Source: Gemmatimonadales bacterium (lineage in GTDB: Bacteria > Gemmatimonadota > Gemmatimonadetes > Gemmatimonadales > GWC2-71-9). From it: a DNA stretch of 64,000 bases. The notes beneath the pieces are model-generated. The model had not been told where the DNA came from, searched no databases, and saw only the letters and a program-made list of their open reading frames with translations. The translations under genes were made by a program, and so were the position numbers. Location of the stretch: positions 26,018-90,017 of the forward strand of contig DASPXD010000149.1 of NCBI GenBank assembly GCA_035637435.1, given 5' to 3'. Positions 8,147 to 18,707 of this stretch are shown here, in pieces; within the stretch, counting starts at the first letter, position 1; every line of letters begins with the position of its first letter.

Positions 8147-8748
8147 TCCCGCATCCTCCGCGCGGCTTTCTCGGGCTCGGCGTCGTCCCATAACGCCCGA
8201 ATCGCCGCGACGCCGTATGCCCCACTGGCTCGCACCTCGCGCACGCGATCGGCACTGATGCCGCCGATGGCAATCACCGCCAGCGCCTCGGCCGCGGCGA
8301 CGATCTGCTCGAGCCCCGCCAGGCCCATTGGTGTGTGGCCCGGGTGCGAGGCGGTCGCGAACACCGGCCCTACAACAAGATAGTCAGCCCCTTCCGTCCT
8401 TGCGGCTTCCGCTTCGGCCAAGTCGTGAACCGACTTGCCGATCCACCACAGCGGATTGAGCGCGCGGGCGGCGCTGACGGGCAGGCTGCCCTGACCGAGC
8501 TGGACGCCGGCCGATGGAACCGCCAGGGCGATGTCCAGGCGGTCGTTCACGAACAGGAACGATGGAAGGTTGGAAAGTTGGACTGACAAGCTGTAATGCT
8601 CGAGCCCCGTGAGCTCCCGCCCTCGGGCGTGAAACGCCAGGTCCGAGCCGCCGCCATCCGACAGGGCGCGCGCGACCGCGTCGAGGTCGGACCGCCGCGC
8701 GATACGCTCATCGGTGATCGCGTGCAGCCGCGGCAGCGCCGCTCTCAC
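8134..8748 (-). CDS. thiE: Thiamine-phosphate synthase
   Basis: LHAITDE, LFVNDRLDIAL and ADYLVVGPVFATASHPG blocks. GTG 8748 overlaps the fmt stop (GTGA). The 395-aa ORF was trimmed. Confidence 0.8.
   Translation of the reverse strand: MRAALPRLHAITDERIARRSDLDAVARALSDGGGSDLAFHARGRELTGLEHYSLSVQLSNLPSFLFVNDRLDIALAVPSAGVQLGQGSLPVSAARALNPLWWIGKSVHDLAEAEAARTEGADYLVVGPVFATASHPGHTPMGLAGLEQIVAAAEALAVIAIGGISADRVREVRASGAYGVAAIRALWDDAEPEKAARRMREWML
8556..8587. repeat. Four tandem GGAAnnTT-type octamers inside thiE
   Basis: ggaacgat ggaaggtt ggaaagtt ggactgac. Related to the tgt octamer unit. Confidence 0.7.
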
Positions 8749-9686
8749 GAGAACCTGGCGCCGGGCTGCAGGCGCGCGCCGCGCAGCCATTCCTCGGCCG
8801 GCATGCGGGCCTTCCCGGCGGGTTGCACCTCGAAGACTTCGACGGCGGCGACCCCCGTCGCGATGACGAGGGAGCCCTGGGCCGAAAGCACCTGGCCGGG
8901 CGCGCCCGCGCCGGGAAACGGAGGCTCCATGACCTTCGGGCTGAACAGCTTGATCTCCGCACCCTCCAACTCCGTCCACGCACCGGGCCGCGGATCGAGC
9001 CCGCGGATCAGGCACCCGATCGCACGCGCGTCCTTCGTCCAATCGATGCGGGCCGTCTCGCGCGTCAGCTTGGGTGCGAACGTCGCGCGGCTCTCGTTCT
9101 GCGGGACGGGTTGGGGCGGCGGATCGCTCTGCTCGAGCATCGCCAGCGTTTCGATCAGCGCCTGCGCGCCCATTTCCGCGAGATGCGCCGCCAGCTCCCC
9201 GCCCGTCACGTCGGACCCGATGCGGTGGGGGATCTGGTGCAGCACGGGCCCGGAGTCCATCCCGGCGTCCAGCTGCATGATCGTCACGCCGGTCGTTTCG
9301 TGGCCGCGGATGATGGCCCACTCGACCGGCGCCGCGCCGCGCAGGCCGGGCAGCAGGGACGGATGCACGTTCACCATGCCGCGCGGCGGCAGTGCCAGCA
9401 GCTCGGGCTTGAGAATGTGGCCGTACGCGACGACGACCCCGATGTCGGGCTTCAGGTCCCGGAGTTGTTTGAGAAATGCCGGATCGGTCGGCTTTTCCGG
9501 CTGCAGCACGAGCAGGTCTTCCGATTCGGCGGCGACCTTGACCGGCGGGGGAATCAGCTGAGATCGGGAGCGTCCCTGCGGTGCATCAGGTTGTGTGACG
9601 ACGGCGACGACGTCGAACCCTTCACCGACCAGCGCGCGCAGTGATAGTACCGCGAATTCGGGCGTACCGAAGAAGACCACGCGCAC
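8745..9686 (-). CDS. fmt: Methionyl-tRNA formyltransferase
   Basis: MRVVFFGTPEFAV N-terminus and VNVHPSLLPGLRGAAP motif. Confidence 0.93.
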   Translation of the reverse strand: MRVVFFGTPEFAVLSLRALVGEGFDVVAVVTQPDAPQGRSRSQLIPPPVKVAAESEDLLVLQPEKPTDPAFLKQLRDLKPDIGVVVAYGHILKPELLALPPRGMVNVHPSLLPGLRGAAPVEWAIIRGHETTGVTIMQLDAGMDSGPVLHQIPHRIGSDVTGGELAAHLAEMGAQALIETLAMLEQSDPPPQPVPQNESRATFAPKLTRETARIDWTKDARAIGCLIRGLDPRPGAWTELEGAEIKLFSPKVMEPPFPGAGAPGQVLSAQGSLVIATGVAAVEVFEVQPAGKARMPAEEWLRGARLQPGARFS

Positions 9687-10231
9687 TTACAGTTCACCCG
9701 CCGGCTCCGGCGTGACCTCCTTGAGATATCCCTTCTTTCCCTTGCGCGACTTCTTCCACTTCGCGACCAGGAGATTCCGCTTCACGGCGCTGAGGTGATC
9801 GAGAAACAGGATGCCGTCGAGGTGGTCGATCTCGTGCTGGATCGCGCGCGCCTTGTAGCCGTGCGCCTCCGTGCGGACCTTGCGGCCTTCCTGATCCAGC
9901 GCCTCCACGACGACCCGCGCCGATCGCGTCACATCGCCGAAAATCTCGGGGATCGAGAGACAGCCCTCTTCGGCGATCTCCTCCTCGTCGCTGCGCTCCA
10001 CGATTTGAGGATTGATCAGCACGAGCGGCGGCGGGGCCTCTGCGCCGACATCCACCACCGCCACCCGGCGGGCGACGCCGATCTGATTGGCCGCGAGGCC
10101 GACGCCCTTGGCCGCGCGCATCGTCTCGAACAGATCGTCCACCAGCCGGCGCACCGCATCGTCGACCGCGGCGACCGGCGGCGATTTTTGCCGCAGCACC
10201 GGCGAGCCCAGGACGTGCAGCGTCCGCACCG

Positions 10232-10235
<4 letters not shown>
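9687..10235 (-). CDS. def: Peptide deformylase with a Lys-rich C-terminal tail
   Basis: GVGLAANQIG, EGCLSIP and HEIDHLDG motifs. GTG 10235 overlaps the yajC stop (GTGA). The 312-aa ORF was trimmed. Confidence 0.9.
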
Positions 10236-11817
<1,582 letters not shown>

Positions 11818-11818
<1 letters not shown>

Positions 11819-12840
11819 CACATGATGAGCATGGCATCGCCATAACTATAGAACCGATATCCCTTCTGTACCGCCTCACGATACGCGGCCATCACCCGCT
11901 CGTATCCTCCGAACGCGCAGACCAGCATCAGCAGCGTGGAGCGCGGCAAATGAAAGTTCGTGATCAGATGGTTTACGACCTTGAAATCGTATGGCGGGCG
12001 AATGAAGAGACGCGTTTCGCCCGCGCCGGCGCGCACTTGACCGTGCGAGTCAGCGGCTGACTCGAGCGCTCGCACCACAGTCGTTCCCACCGCCCACACC
12101 TTTCCGCGGTTGTGGTTGATGCCGCTCGCGGCGCCCGGGGAAATCTCGTACGGCTCAGGGTGCATCGTGTGCTTATCGAGGTCGTCGGTCTCGACCGGCT
12201 TGAACGTGCCCGGTCCCACGTGGAGATCCAGCGCCGTGACCAGCGTGCGGCGCTCGTGGATCTGCGCCAACAATTCCGCCGTGAAATGCAGGCCCGCGGT
12301 CGGCGCGGCGACGCTGCCGTCGTGCGTCGCATACACGGTCTGGTAGCGCTCCCGATCGGCTTGCGTCGGAGGCCGCCGGATATACGGCGGCAGCGGTACC
12401 TCACCGTACTTCGCGAGCGTGGCTTGCCCATCCAGCGTGCCGGCGAATCGCATGCGCCGCAGCCCGCCGCCCAGCACTTCCACGATCTCCACCGCGCTGT
12501 CGTCACCGAACGTGACGCGCCGGCCAGGCTTGAGCTTGCCGCCGGGGTGCGCCATCGCGAGCCAGGTCCCGTCGGCGAGCTCGCGAACCACGAGGAACTC
12601 GGCGTCCTGTCCCCCTTCCCGCTTCCCGCGGAGTCGTGCCGGAATGACGCGCGACGTGTTGATGACGAGCAGATCGCCCGGGGGGATCAGCTCCAGCAGG
12701 TCGCGAAAGTGGAGGTGCCGCGTCGTACCCGTTGCGCGATCGAGCACGAGGAGCCGGCTCGCGGAGCGATCAGCGAGCGGATGCTGGGCGATCTGCGAGC
12801 TTGGGAGATCGTAATCGAAGTCCGATAATTGGAATTGCAT
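11818..12840 (-). CDS. queA: S-adenosylmethionine:tRNA ribosyltransferase-isomerase
   Basis: MQFQLSDFDYDLPSSQIAQHPL N-terminus and NFHLPRSTLLMLV. Start set at ATG 12840 because the 28 upstream codons of the ORF are encoded by the repeat. Confidence 0.92.
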
Positions 12841-12846
12841 GGGTGG

Positions 12847-12925
12847 AATTGCGGATTTCGGATTGTGGATTGCGGATTTGACACTCACCTCTTCAATCCG
12901 CAATCCGCAATCCCCAATCCGCAAT
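12847..12925. repeat. Second copy of the same inverted heptamer-array element, filling the queA-ruvB gap
   Basis: aattgcggatttcggattgtggattgcggatt - 16-nt loop - aatccgcaatccgcaatccccaatccgcaat. Same orientation as the copy at 11741-11818. Confidence 0.9.
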
Positions 12926-13956
12926 CAGGTTTCGAAGATACTGGCCTGTTCAGCGGATTTTGGTGGGACAAATCCAAAGTGACGGTAGGCCGCGGGCGTG
13001 GCGACGCGGCCGCGCGGCGTACGGGCGAGAAAGCCTTGCTGCATCAGGAACGGCTCGTAGACCTCCTCGAGTGTCCCCGGATCCTCACCGACCGCCGCGG
13101 CGACCGTCTGCACACCGACGGGACCGCCGTCGAACATCTCGATGATTGCCTTGAGGATGCGGGCGTCCATGTCGTCGAGCCCGAACTCGTCTACGTCGAG
13201 CCGCTTCAGCGCTTCGCCGGCCACGGCCGCGGTGATTTTGCCGCCGGCACGCACCTGCGCGTAATCGCGCACGCGTTTGAGGAGCCGGTTCGCCACACGA
13301 GGCGTGCCCCGGCTGCGGCGCGCGATCTCCGCGACGCCCGCCGCGTCGGCTGCGACGCCGAGAATGCCGGCGGAGCGGGTGATGATCTGGACGAGATCAT
13401 CGGGCGGATAGTAATGCAGCCGCTCGACCAGGCCGAAGCGCGCGCGCAGCGGCGGGGTCAGCAGACCAAACCGCGTCGTGGCGCCGATCAGCGTGAAGCG
13501 CTCCAGCTGCATCGGCAGCGTCTGGGCGTGCGGGCCGTCGGCAATGCGTACGTCGACCCGGAATTCCTCCATCGCCGGGTACAGGAACTCTTCCAGCGCC
13601 GGCCGCAGGCGGTGCACTTCATCTATAAAGAAGATGTCGCCCGCCTTGAGCGAGGTGAGCATCCCCACGAGATCGCCGGGCCGCTCGAGCACGGGACCGG
13701 AGGTGGTGCGGATGTTGACGCCCAATTCCTTGGCCATCAGCAGCGCGAGCGTCGTCTTGCCGAGGCCGGGCGGGCCGAAGAACAGCGTGTGATCGAGCGG
13801 CTCTTTGCGCTGCTTCGCCGCGTCGATCGCGATCTGCAGCGACTCCTTGACCTTGGCCTGGCCGACGAACTCGTCCAGCCGCGACGGCCGCAGCGCCGCG
13901 TCGGTCAACCGCTCGCTCTCGAGCGCCTCAGGCGTCGTGATTTCGGCGCGCGCCAT
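12925..13956 (-). CDS. ruvB: Holliday junction branch-migration ATPase RuvB
   Basis: Walker [20 protein letters not shown], and full-length RuvB-like sequence. Confidence 0.95.
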   Translation of the reverse strand: MARAEITTPEALESERLTDAALRPSRLDEFVGQAKVKESLQIAIDAAKQRKEPLDHTLFFGPPGLGKTTLALLMAKELGVNIRTTSGPVLERPGDLVGMLTSLKAGDIFFIDEVHRLRPALEEFLYPAMEEFRVDVRIADGPHAQTLPMQLERFTLIGATTRFGLLTPPLRARFGLVERLHYYPPDDLVQIITRSAGILGVAADAAGVAEIARRSRGTPRVANRLLKRVRDYAQVRAGGKITAAVAGEALKRLDVDEFGLDDMDARILKAIIEMFDGGPVGVQTVAAAVGEDPGTLEEVYEPFLMQQGFLARTPRGRVATPAAYRHFGFVPPKSAEQASIFET

Positions 13957-14141
13957 TATTGCTTCTTCGCCCGCGCCAGCCAGCGGACCGGCCGTTTATC
14001 CTGCTCGATCTCGTGCCGCGTATGACACTGGAGGCACACATCCTCCGCGCGCGTGGCGCCGGCGGGCACGAGCCGCCGGTTCGTGGACCCGCAACGTGTG
14101 CAGATCCATTCCGCGGTCACCTCAGCGGGGATGGCGGTCAT
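13956..14141 (-). CDS. Small zinc-ribbon protein inserted between ruvA and ruvB (function unknown)
   Basis: 61 aa with two CxxC pairs (CTRCGS...CLQCHT) and a basic tail. Its ATG overlaps the ruvA stop (ATGA), and its stop shares nt 13956 with the ruvB ATG. Confidence 0.5.
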   Translation of the reverse strand: MTAIPAEVTAEWICTRCGSTNRRLVPAGATRAEDVCLQCHTRHEIEQDKRPVRWLARAKKQ

Positions 14142-14725
14142 CGGGTCGTGAGTATCTGCAGCGCGCGGCGCACGAGAGCCTCGGTTTCTTCGGTCCCGTT
14201 CCCGGCAAGCACCTGCCGGACGGCTCGATCAGCCTCCGCCGTTCCATAACCGAGCCGCTCCAGTGCCTTGAGCGCCGCCTCGGCGCCAACCGGGACGGCC
14301 ACGGATGGGGTCTCCGTAAACTCCTCCACTTTTTCTCCCAGCTCCAGCGCGAGGCGCTCGGCGGTCTTGCGGCCGATGCCGCTGACGGATGAAAGCAGCG
14401 CGATGTTCTTCTCGCGCAGCGCGCGCGCGCCCCGCTCGACGCCGAGCGCCGAGAGCAGGGCGATGCCGATCTTGGGACCGACACCGCTCACGCTGGTCAG
14501 CCGCTGGAAGAAACGCCGCTCCGCGTCGTCGAGAAAGCCGTACAGGGCCCAGCCGTCTTCGCGCACCACCAGCTCCGTGGAGAGCGTGATTTCGGCTCCG
14601 CTGGCGGGGAGCCGCTCCATGACGCCGAGCGGCACGACGACTTCGTACCCGACCCCGCCCGGCGTCTCGACGACGACGCGGTCGGCGGACTTGGCGGCCA
14701 GACGGCCGCGAACATGCGCAATCAT
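14138..14725 (-). CDS. ruvA: Holliday junction DNA-binding protein RuvA
   Basis: MIAHVRGRL...GVGYEV N-terminus, two HhH motifs (VSGVGPKIGIALL, VSGIGRKTAERL) and a C-terminal domain III. Confidence 0.9.
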   Translation of the reverse strand: MIAHVRGRLAAKSADRVVVETPGGVGYEVVVPLGVMERLPASGAEITLSTELVVREDGWALYGFLDDAERRFFQRLTSVSGVGPKIGIALLSALGVERGARALREKNIALLSSVSGIGRKTAERLALELGEKVEEFTETPSVAVPVGAEAALKALERLGYGTAEADRAVRQVLAGNGTEETEALVRRALQILTTR

Positions 14726-15204
14726 GAGCGCAGAATGTAGGTCAGGGCCGCCGCGACGCCGTCGGCGGCATCCGACGGTTTGGGCGCGTGCTTGAGCCGC
14801 AGCAACCGAGCCACCATCGTCGCGACTTGCGACTTCTGGGCACCCCCGGCGCCCACCACCGTCTTCTTGATCATGGCGGGTGGATACTGGGCGATCTCCA
14901 GGCCCTCTTGCTCAGCGGCCAGCAGGATGACGCCCCGTGCATGGCCGAGCACGAGGGTGGTACGCACGTTCTTATGATAGAAGGCGTCCTCCAGGGCGAG
15001 CACGGACGGCTGGTGACGCCGGATGAGCTGCGCGATTTCGTGGTGAAGCTCTGCGAGACGATGAGGCAGGGAATTGTTGCGTCCGAAGCGAAAAACACCG
15101 CATTCGATGAGTCGGCCCAACCGGGGGGTTCCATTCCCATTCCCCGTTTCGATCACGCCGTAGCCCGTGATCGCGGTGCCGGGGTCGACGCCCAGGACCC
15201 TCAC
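14722..15204 (-). CDS. ruvC: Crossover junction endodeoxyribonuclease RuvC
   Basis: MRVLGVDPGTAITGYGVIE N-terminus and C-terminal DAADGVAAAL block. Confidence 0.9.
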   Translation of the reverse strand: MRVLGVDPGTAITGYGVIETGNGNGTPRLGRLIECGVFRFGRNNSLPHRLAELHHEIAQLIRRHQPSVLALEDAFYHKNVRTTLVLGHARGVILLAAEQEGLEIAQYPPAMIKKTVVGAGGAQKSQVATMVARLLRLKHAPKPSDAADGVAAALTYILRS

Positions 15205-15205
15205 G

Positions 15206-15952
15206 TCATCCCGTCACCGCCGCCATCGCCTCGGCGTCGATGTCGAAGTTGGAAAACACCTTCGCGACGTCGTCCATCTCCTCGAGGCCCTCGACGAGCT
15301 GCAGCAGGCGCTTGGCGTCGCTGCCCTCGACTTTCACGGTGTTCTTGGGAACCAGCGCGATCTCCGCGCTCTGTACCGGCAGCTGCTTCGCCCGCAGTGC
15401 CTGATCGATCGCCTGGAGTTGGGTGGGCGGCGTCGTGATGAGGTAAATGTCGCCCTCTTTCTCCATATCCTCCGCACCGGCGTCGAGCGCGGCTTCCATC
15501 GTCGCGTCCTCGTTCGCTCTTGCGTCGACGACGATCTGCCCCTTGCGATCGAACATCCAGGCGACGGCGTTGGTGGCGGCCAGGTTGGCTCCGTGGCGCT
15601 GGAAGACGTTGCGGATCTCGGCCACGGTGCGGTTGGGATTGTCGGTGGTCGCCTGGATCAGCAGGGCGGCACCACCGGGACCGTATCCTTCATACGTGAC
15701 CTCTTCGTAGGTCACGCCTTCCAGCTCGCCGGTGCCCTTCTTGATCGCGCGGTCGATGTTGTCGGCCGGCATGTTTTCCGCTTTGGCGGCGTCGATCGCG
15801 GTGCGGAGCCGCGCGTTGCCATCTGGATCACCGCCGCCCTGCTTCGCGGCGATCGTGATTTCGCGGATAAGGCGGGTAAAGACGGCGCCCCGCTTCTGAT
15901 CGGTGACCGCCTTCTTCCGCTTGATCTGTTTCCATTTGCTATGGCCGGCCAT
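15206..15952 (-). CDS. YebC/PmpR-family transcriptional regulator
   Basis: MAGHSKWKQIKRKKA N-terminus, 248 aa. Confidence 0.92.
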   Translation of the reverse strand: MAGHSKWKQIKRKKAVTDQKRGAVFTRLIREITIAAKQGGGDPDGNARLRTAIDAAKAENMPADNIDRAIKKGTGELEGVTYEEVTYEGYGPGGAALLIQATTDNPNRTVAEIRNVFQRHGANLAATNAVAWMFDRKGQIVVDARANEDATMEAALDAGAEDMEKEGDIYLITTPPTQLQAIDQALRAKQLPVQSAEIALVPKNTVKVEGSDAKRLLQLVEGLEEMDDVAKVFSNFDIDAEAMAAVTG

Positions 15953-15955
15953 ATT

Positions 15956-15983
15956 CCGCTCCTCGCTCCCCGCTCACCGCTCC
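15956..15983. repeat. (CCGCTCC)x4 heptamer array immediately upstream of yebC (GGAGCGG on its coding strand)
   Basis: ccgctcc tcgctcc ccgctca ccgctcc. The minus strand reads GGGAGCGGTGAGCGGGGAGCGAGGAGCGGAATATG. Confidence 0.85.
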
Positions 15984-15993
15984 CAACTATAAC

Positions 15994-16023
15994 TTGACCG
16001 GCGCGCGGCGCCACAGGTAGGAT
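15994..16023 (+). promoter_or_regulatory. Candidate promoter of the lipoprotein gene (TTGACC-18 nt-TAGGAT)
   Basis: The -10-like hexamer ends 8 nt before ATG 16032. No SD. Confidence 0.35.
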
Positions 16024-16031
16024 TCCCGCCC

Positions 16032-16436
16032 ATGTCGCGCGCCACCTGTTTCATCGTCGTCTTCGCGTTGCTCGCCGCCTGCGAACGTCCGGGGGACAAC
16101 CCCGACGAGACCCGGCATCGCGCCGGCCAGGCCCTCAGCGGCACGCTCGCCTATCCGCGCTCGTCGATGGTCAGCGTCTCGGCAGGCGAGGAGGCGGCTC
16201 AGCTCGTCATGTCATCGCCCGATTCGGTGACGACCGTGGCGACGTGGTTCCTGAAGGCGCTGCCGCTGAATCACTGGGATGTGAAGCGCAACGTCAGCGA
16301 TCGCAGCGGCACCGTGACGATCTACGCGGAGCAGAACAAGCGGCCGCTGTGGCTCACATTGCGGCCGAACGTGGGTGGGCCGGGGACGACCTATACGATG
16401 ATCGGCGTGATTCCGACGGATTCCACGAAACGGTAG
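16032..16436 (+). CDS. Hypothetical lipoprotein
   Basis: Signal peptide with lipobox (VFALLAAC). No recognisable domain. Confidence 0.5.
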   Translation: MSRATCFIVVFALLAACERPGDNPDETRHRAGQALSGTLAYPRSSMVSVSAGEEAAQLVMSSPDSVTTVATWFLKALPLNHWDVKRNVSDRSGTVTIYAEQNKRPLWLTLRPNVGGPGTTYTMIGVIPTDSTKR

Positions 16437-16450
16437 GGACACGCCTACCG
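16431..16450. terminator. Short hairpin between convergent genes whose stem contains both stop codons
   Basis: cggtagg-gacacg-cctaccg (7-bp stem). TAG 16434-16436 ends the plus gene and cta 16445-16447 ends the minus gene. No T-tract. Confidence 0.25.
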
Positions 16451-17323
16451 GTCGGGGTCCAGCATATCCTCGAACCGCATCCAGCGGCGATAGAAGTACA
16501 GGTCCACGAAGCCGGTCGGACCGTTGCGGTTCTTCGCCACAATCAGCTCCGTGGCCCCCTCCACGCCGCCGCCGGGCCGATACATCTCCTCTCGGAACAC
16601 GGAAAGTATCACGTCGGCGTGTTGTTTCGGCGCGCCGAACACACCGTAGTCGTCGAGGGTCGGCCGCTGATCGTCACGCTCCGCGTGGAAGCGGGGCAAT
16701 TGCGCGACCACGAGGAGCGCCACCTCGCGCGCGAGCGCCAGCGCCTTGAGATGCCGTAACACCAGCGCCGTGTCCTCGTCCTGCGTCGTCCGCGCCTTCG
16801 GTGGCGGCACGAGCTGCAGATAGTCGACGACGACGAGCCCCACTTGGCGCAGCGGGTCGAGCCGCTCGAAGGCCGTCTCGAAATCCTCGCCCGCGAGCGG
16901 CAAGAGCGTGAGCGGCAGACCGCGCAGCCGCACCGCGGCGCCGCCGACACCGGCGCGGGTCTGGTCGCTCAGCTTGGCGGCCCGCAGCTCGTCGACCGCG
17001 ACTTTGCCCTCGATCGCGAGCGCGCGCTCCATGAGCCGCTCTTCATTCATCTCCCCCGACAGGTAGGCGACGCCTACCGATTGCTGCGCGACGCGGAGCG
17101 CGATCCCCAGCGCGAGCGCCGATTTGCCGCTGCCGATATCGCCGCCCAACAGAATCAGGTCGCGCCTGCGCAATCCGCCGCCGAGCAACTTGTCGAGCGA
17201 GCCGAATCCGGTCGGGATCGTGTCGCCGGTGATCTCGCCGGGGCGCTGCGCGTCCACCCGCTCGACGAGGTTGTCGAGCGAGGCACGTTTTTCGAAGCGG
17301 CGGGCAGGGGAAGGGGGGGCCAT
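16445..17323 (-). CDS. DnaB C-terminal-domain (RecA-fold) ATPase lacking the DnaB N-terminal domain
   Basis: GFGSLDKLLGGG...GGDIGSGKSALA (Walker A), VVVDYLQLV (Walker B), AKNRNGPTG and RFEDM tail are collinear with residues ~170-460 of DnaB. The protein is only 292 aa. Confidence 0.7.
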   Translation of the reverse strand: MAPPSPARRFEKRASLDNLVERVDAQRPGEITGDTIPTGFGSLDKLLGGGLRRRDLILLGGDIGSGKSALALGIALRVAQQSVGVAYLSGEMNEERLMERALAIEGKVAVDELRAAKLSDQTRAGVGGAAVRLRGLPLTLLPLAGEDFETAFERLDPLRQVGLVVVDYLQLVPPPKARTTQDEDTALVLRHLKALALAREVALLVVAQLPRFHAERDDQRPTLDDYGVFGAPKQHADVILSVFREEMYRPGGGVEGATELIVAKNRNGPTGFVDLYFYRRWMRFEDMLDPDR

Positions 17324-17326
17324 GGT

Positions 17327-17695
17327 CTATAAATGCAATCTGGCGCTGCGTGCTGCAACGGTGACCGCATCTGCGGCCTCGACGCCGAGCACGTCACGCG
17401 CCGGCGCGGTGAGCTGGCTGAGCACGAGCGCCGCGGCGTTGGGGGTCGCCGTCTCGAGGTGCTGCCGCGCCGCGGTGAGCGCGCGCTTGAGGGGGGCGGG
17501 GAGGGCCAGGCTGCCGAGGCGGGTCTCGATGGCCTGCAGCCGGCGGCGGTGGTTCTTCGCGCTCACGGGCGAGGGCGGCAGCAACGCCTCGGCCGCGCGC
17601 ACCATGAGCCACAGCGCGAACAGGCCTTCGCGCTGCGGCCCGCGCGCCGACTCGGCGATGAGCGTGACGAGCCGCTCCTCGGCGGGCGTGCTCAC
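17327..17695 (-). CDS. Hypothetical helical protein (122 aa)
   Basis: GTG 17695 overlaps the GT9 stop (GTGA), and its stop lies 3 nt before the DnaB-like ATG. No motif recognised. The 213-aa ORF was trimmed. Confidence 0.35.
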   Translation of the reverse strand: MSTPAEERLVTLIAESARGPQREGLFALWLMVRAAEALLPPSPVSAKNHRRRLQAIETRLGSLALPAPLKRALTAARQHLETATPNAAALVLSQLTAPARDVLGVEAADAVTVAARSARLHL

Positions 17696-18687
17696 GCGAC
17701 GAGCCGCTGTACGGCGGCAGCCACCTGATCCGGCAGGATATCCTCCAGACAGCGATGGTGGCCGAGCGGGCAGCGCTCCGTCCCCATCGCCGAGCAGGGA
17801 CGGCACGGCAGATCGCGCTCCAGGACGACGGCGCCGTTCGTGTACGGAAAGAAGCCGAACGGCTCGACGGTTGGCCCGAACAGCGCGACGACCCGGGCGC
17901 CCACGCCCGTCGCCATGTGCATCACGCCGGTGTCGCCGGACACGACGACGGACGCGCGCGCGAGGCACGCCCCGGTTTCCTGGAGCGTGAATTCTCCCGC
18001 GACGTTGACGACGCCCGCGCCAAGTCCGTTCACGAGCTCACGGTCCTCCGGCCCGCCGACGGCGACGATGCCGTAGCCGAGCTGCCGCAGCCGCTCCGTC
18101 AGGGTTTGCCAGTGGCGCAGCGGCCAGCGCTTGGTCGCATGGGCGGCACCGGGCGCAATCACGGCGAACCGCTGTTGCTCGAGCCCCCCCCCGACTGCCG
18201 GCAGCCAGTGCGTCATGTGCGCCCGCGCCGCGGGCGCGAGAAAGAACTCCGGCGGTCCACCATCCGGCGCCACGTCGAGCGCGCGGGCGGCTTCGAAGTA
18301 CCGCTCCGGAACCGGCACGTGCCTGCCGTACAGATTGATTTTGGTCGAGATCAACGCGGTGCGGGCGAGTTTGCGTTTCGAATACCCGGACCAGCGGCAC
18401 GGCACGAGCCAGCGCAGCGCGGCGCTGCGGAGACTGCCGTGCAGATCGAGCCCATGGGTGGGGCCGATCGCGCGCAGGCGGCGGGCGAGATCGGTGATCC
18501 GTTCCCCGGGCTCGAGCGCGATGACGTCCGTGAGATGGGGGTTCTCGATCACGAGCGGCGCCATCGCCCGCTTGGTGACGAAGTACAGCTCGGCTTCGGG
18601 ATGGCGGCGGTGTAGCGCGCGCACGAGGGGAGTGGTGAGGAGGACATCGCCGATGGAGCTGAACCGGACGCACAGGACTCGCAACAC
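17692..18687 (-). CDS. Glycosyltransferase family 9 (LPS heptosyltransferase-like)
   Basis: RFSSIGDVLLTTPLVRAL N-terminus and SGDTGVMHMATGVGARVVALFGPT motif. Confidence 0.85.
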   Translation of the reverse strand: MLRVLCVRFSSIGDVLLTTPLVRALHRRHPEAELYFVTKRAMAPLVIENPHLTDVIALEPGERITDLARRLRAIGPTHGLDLHGSLRSAALRWLVPCRWSGYSKRKLARTALISTKINLYGRHVPVPERYFEAARALDVAPDGGPPEFFLAPAARAHMTHWLPAVGGGLEQQRFAVIAPGAAHATKRWPLRHWQTLTERLRQLGYGIVAVGGPEDRELVNGLGAGVVNVAGEFTLQETGACLARASVVVSGDTGVMHMATGVGARVVALFGPTVEPFGFFPYTNGAVVLERDLPCRPCSAMGTERCPLGHHRCLEDILPDQVAAAVQRLVA

Positions 18688-18707
18688 GCGGCCAATGTAG
18701 TCGCGCG

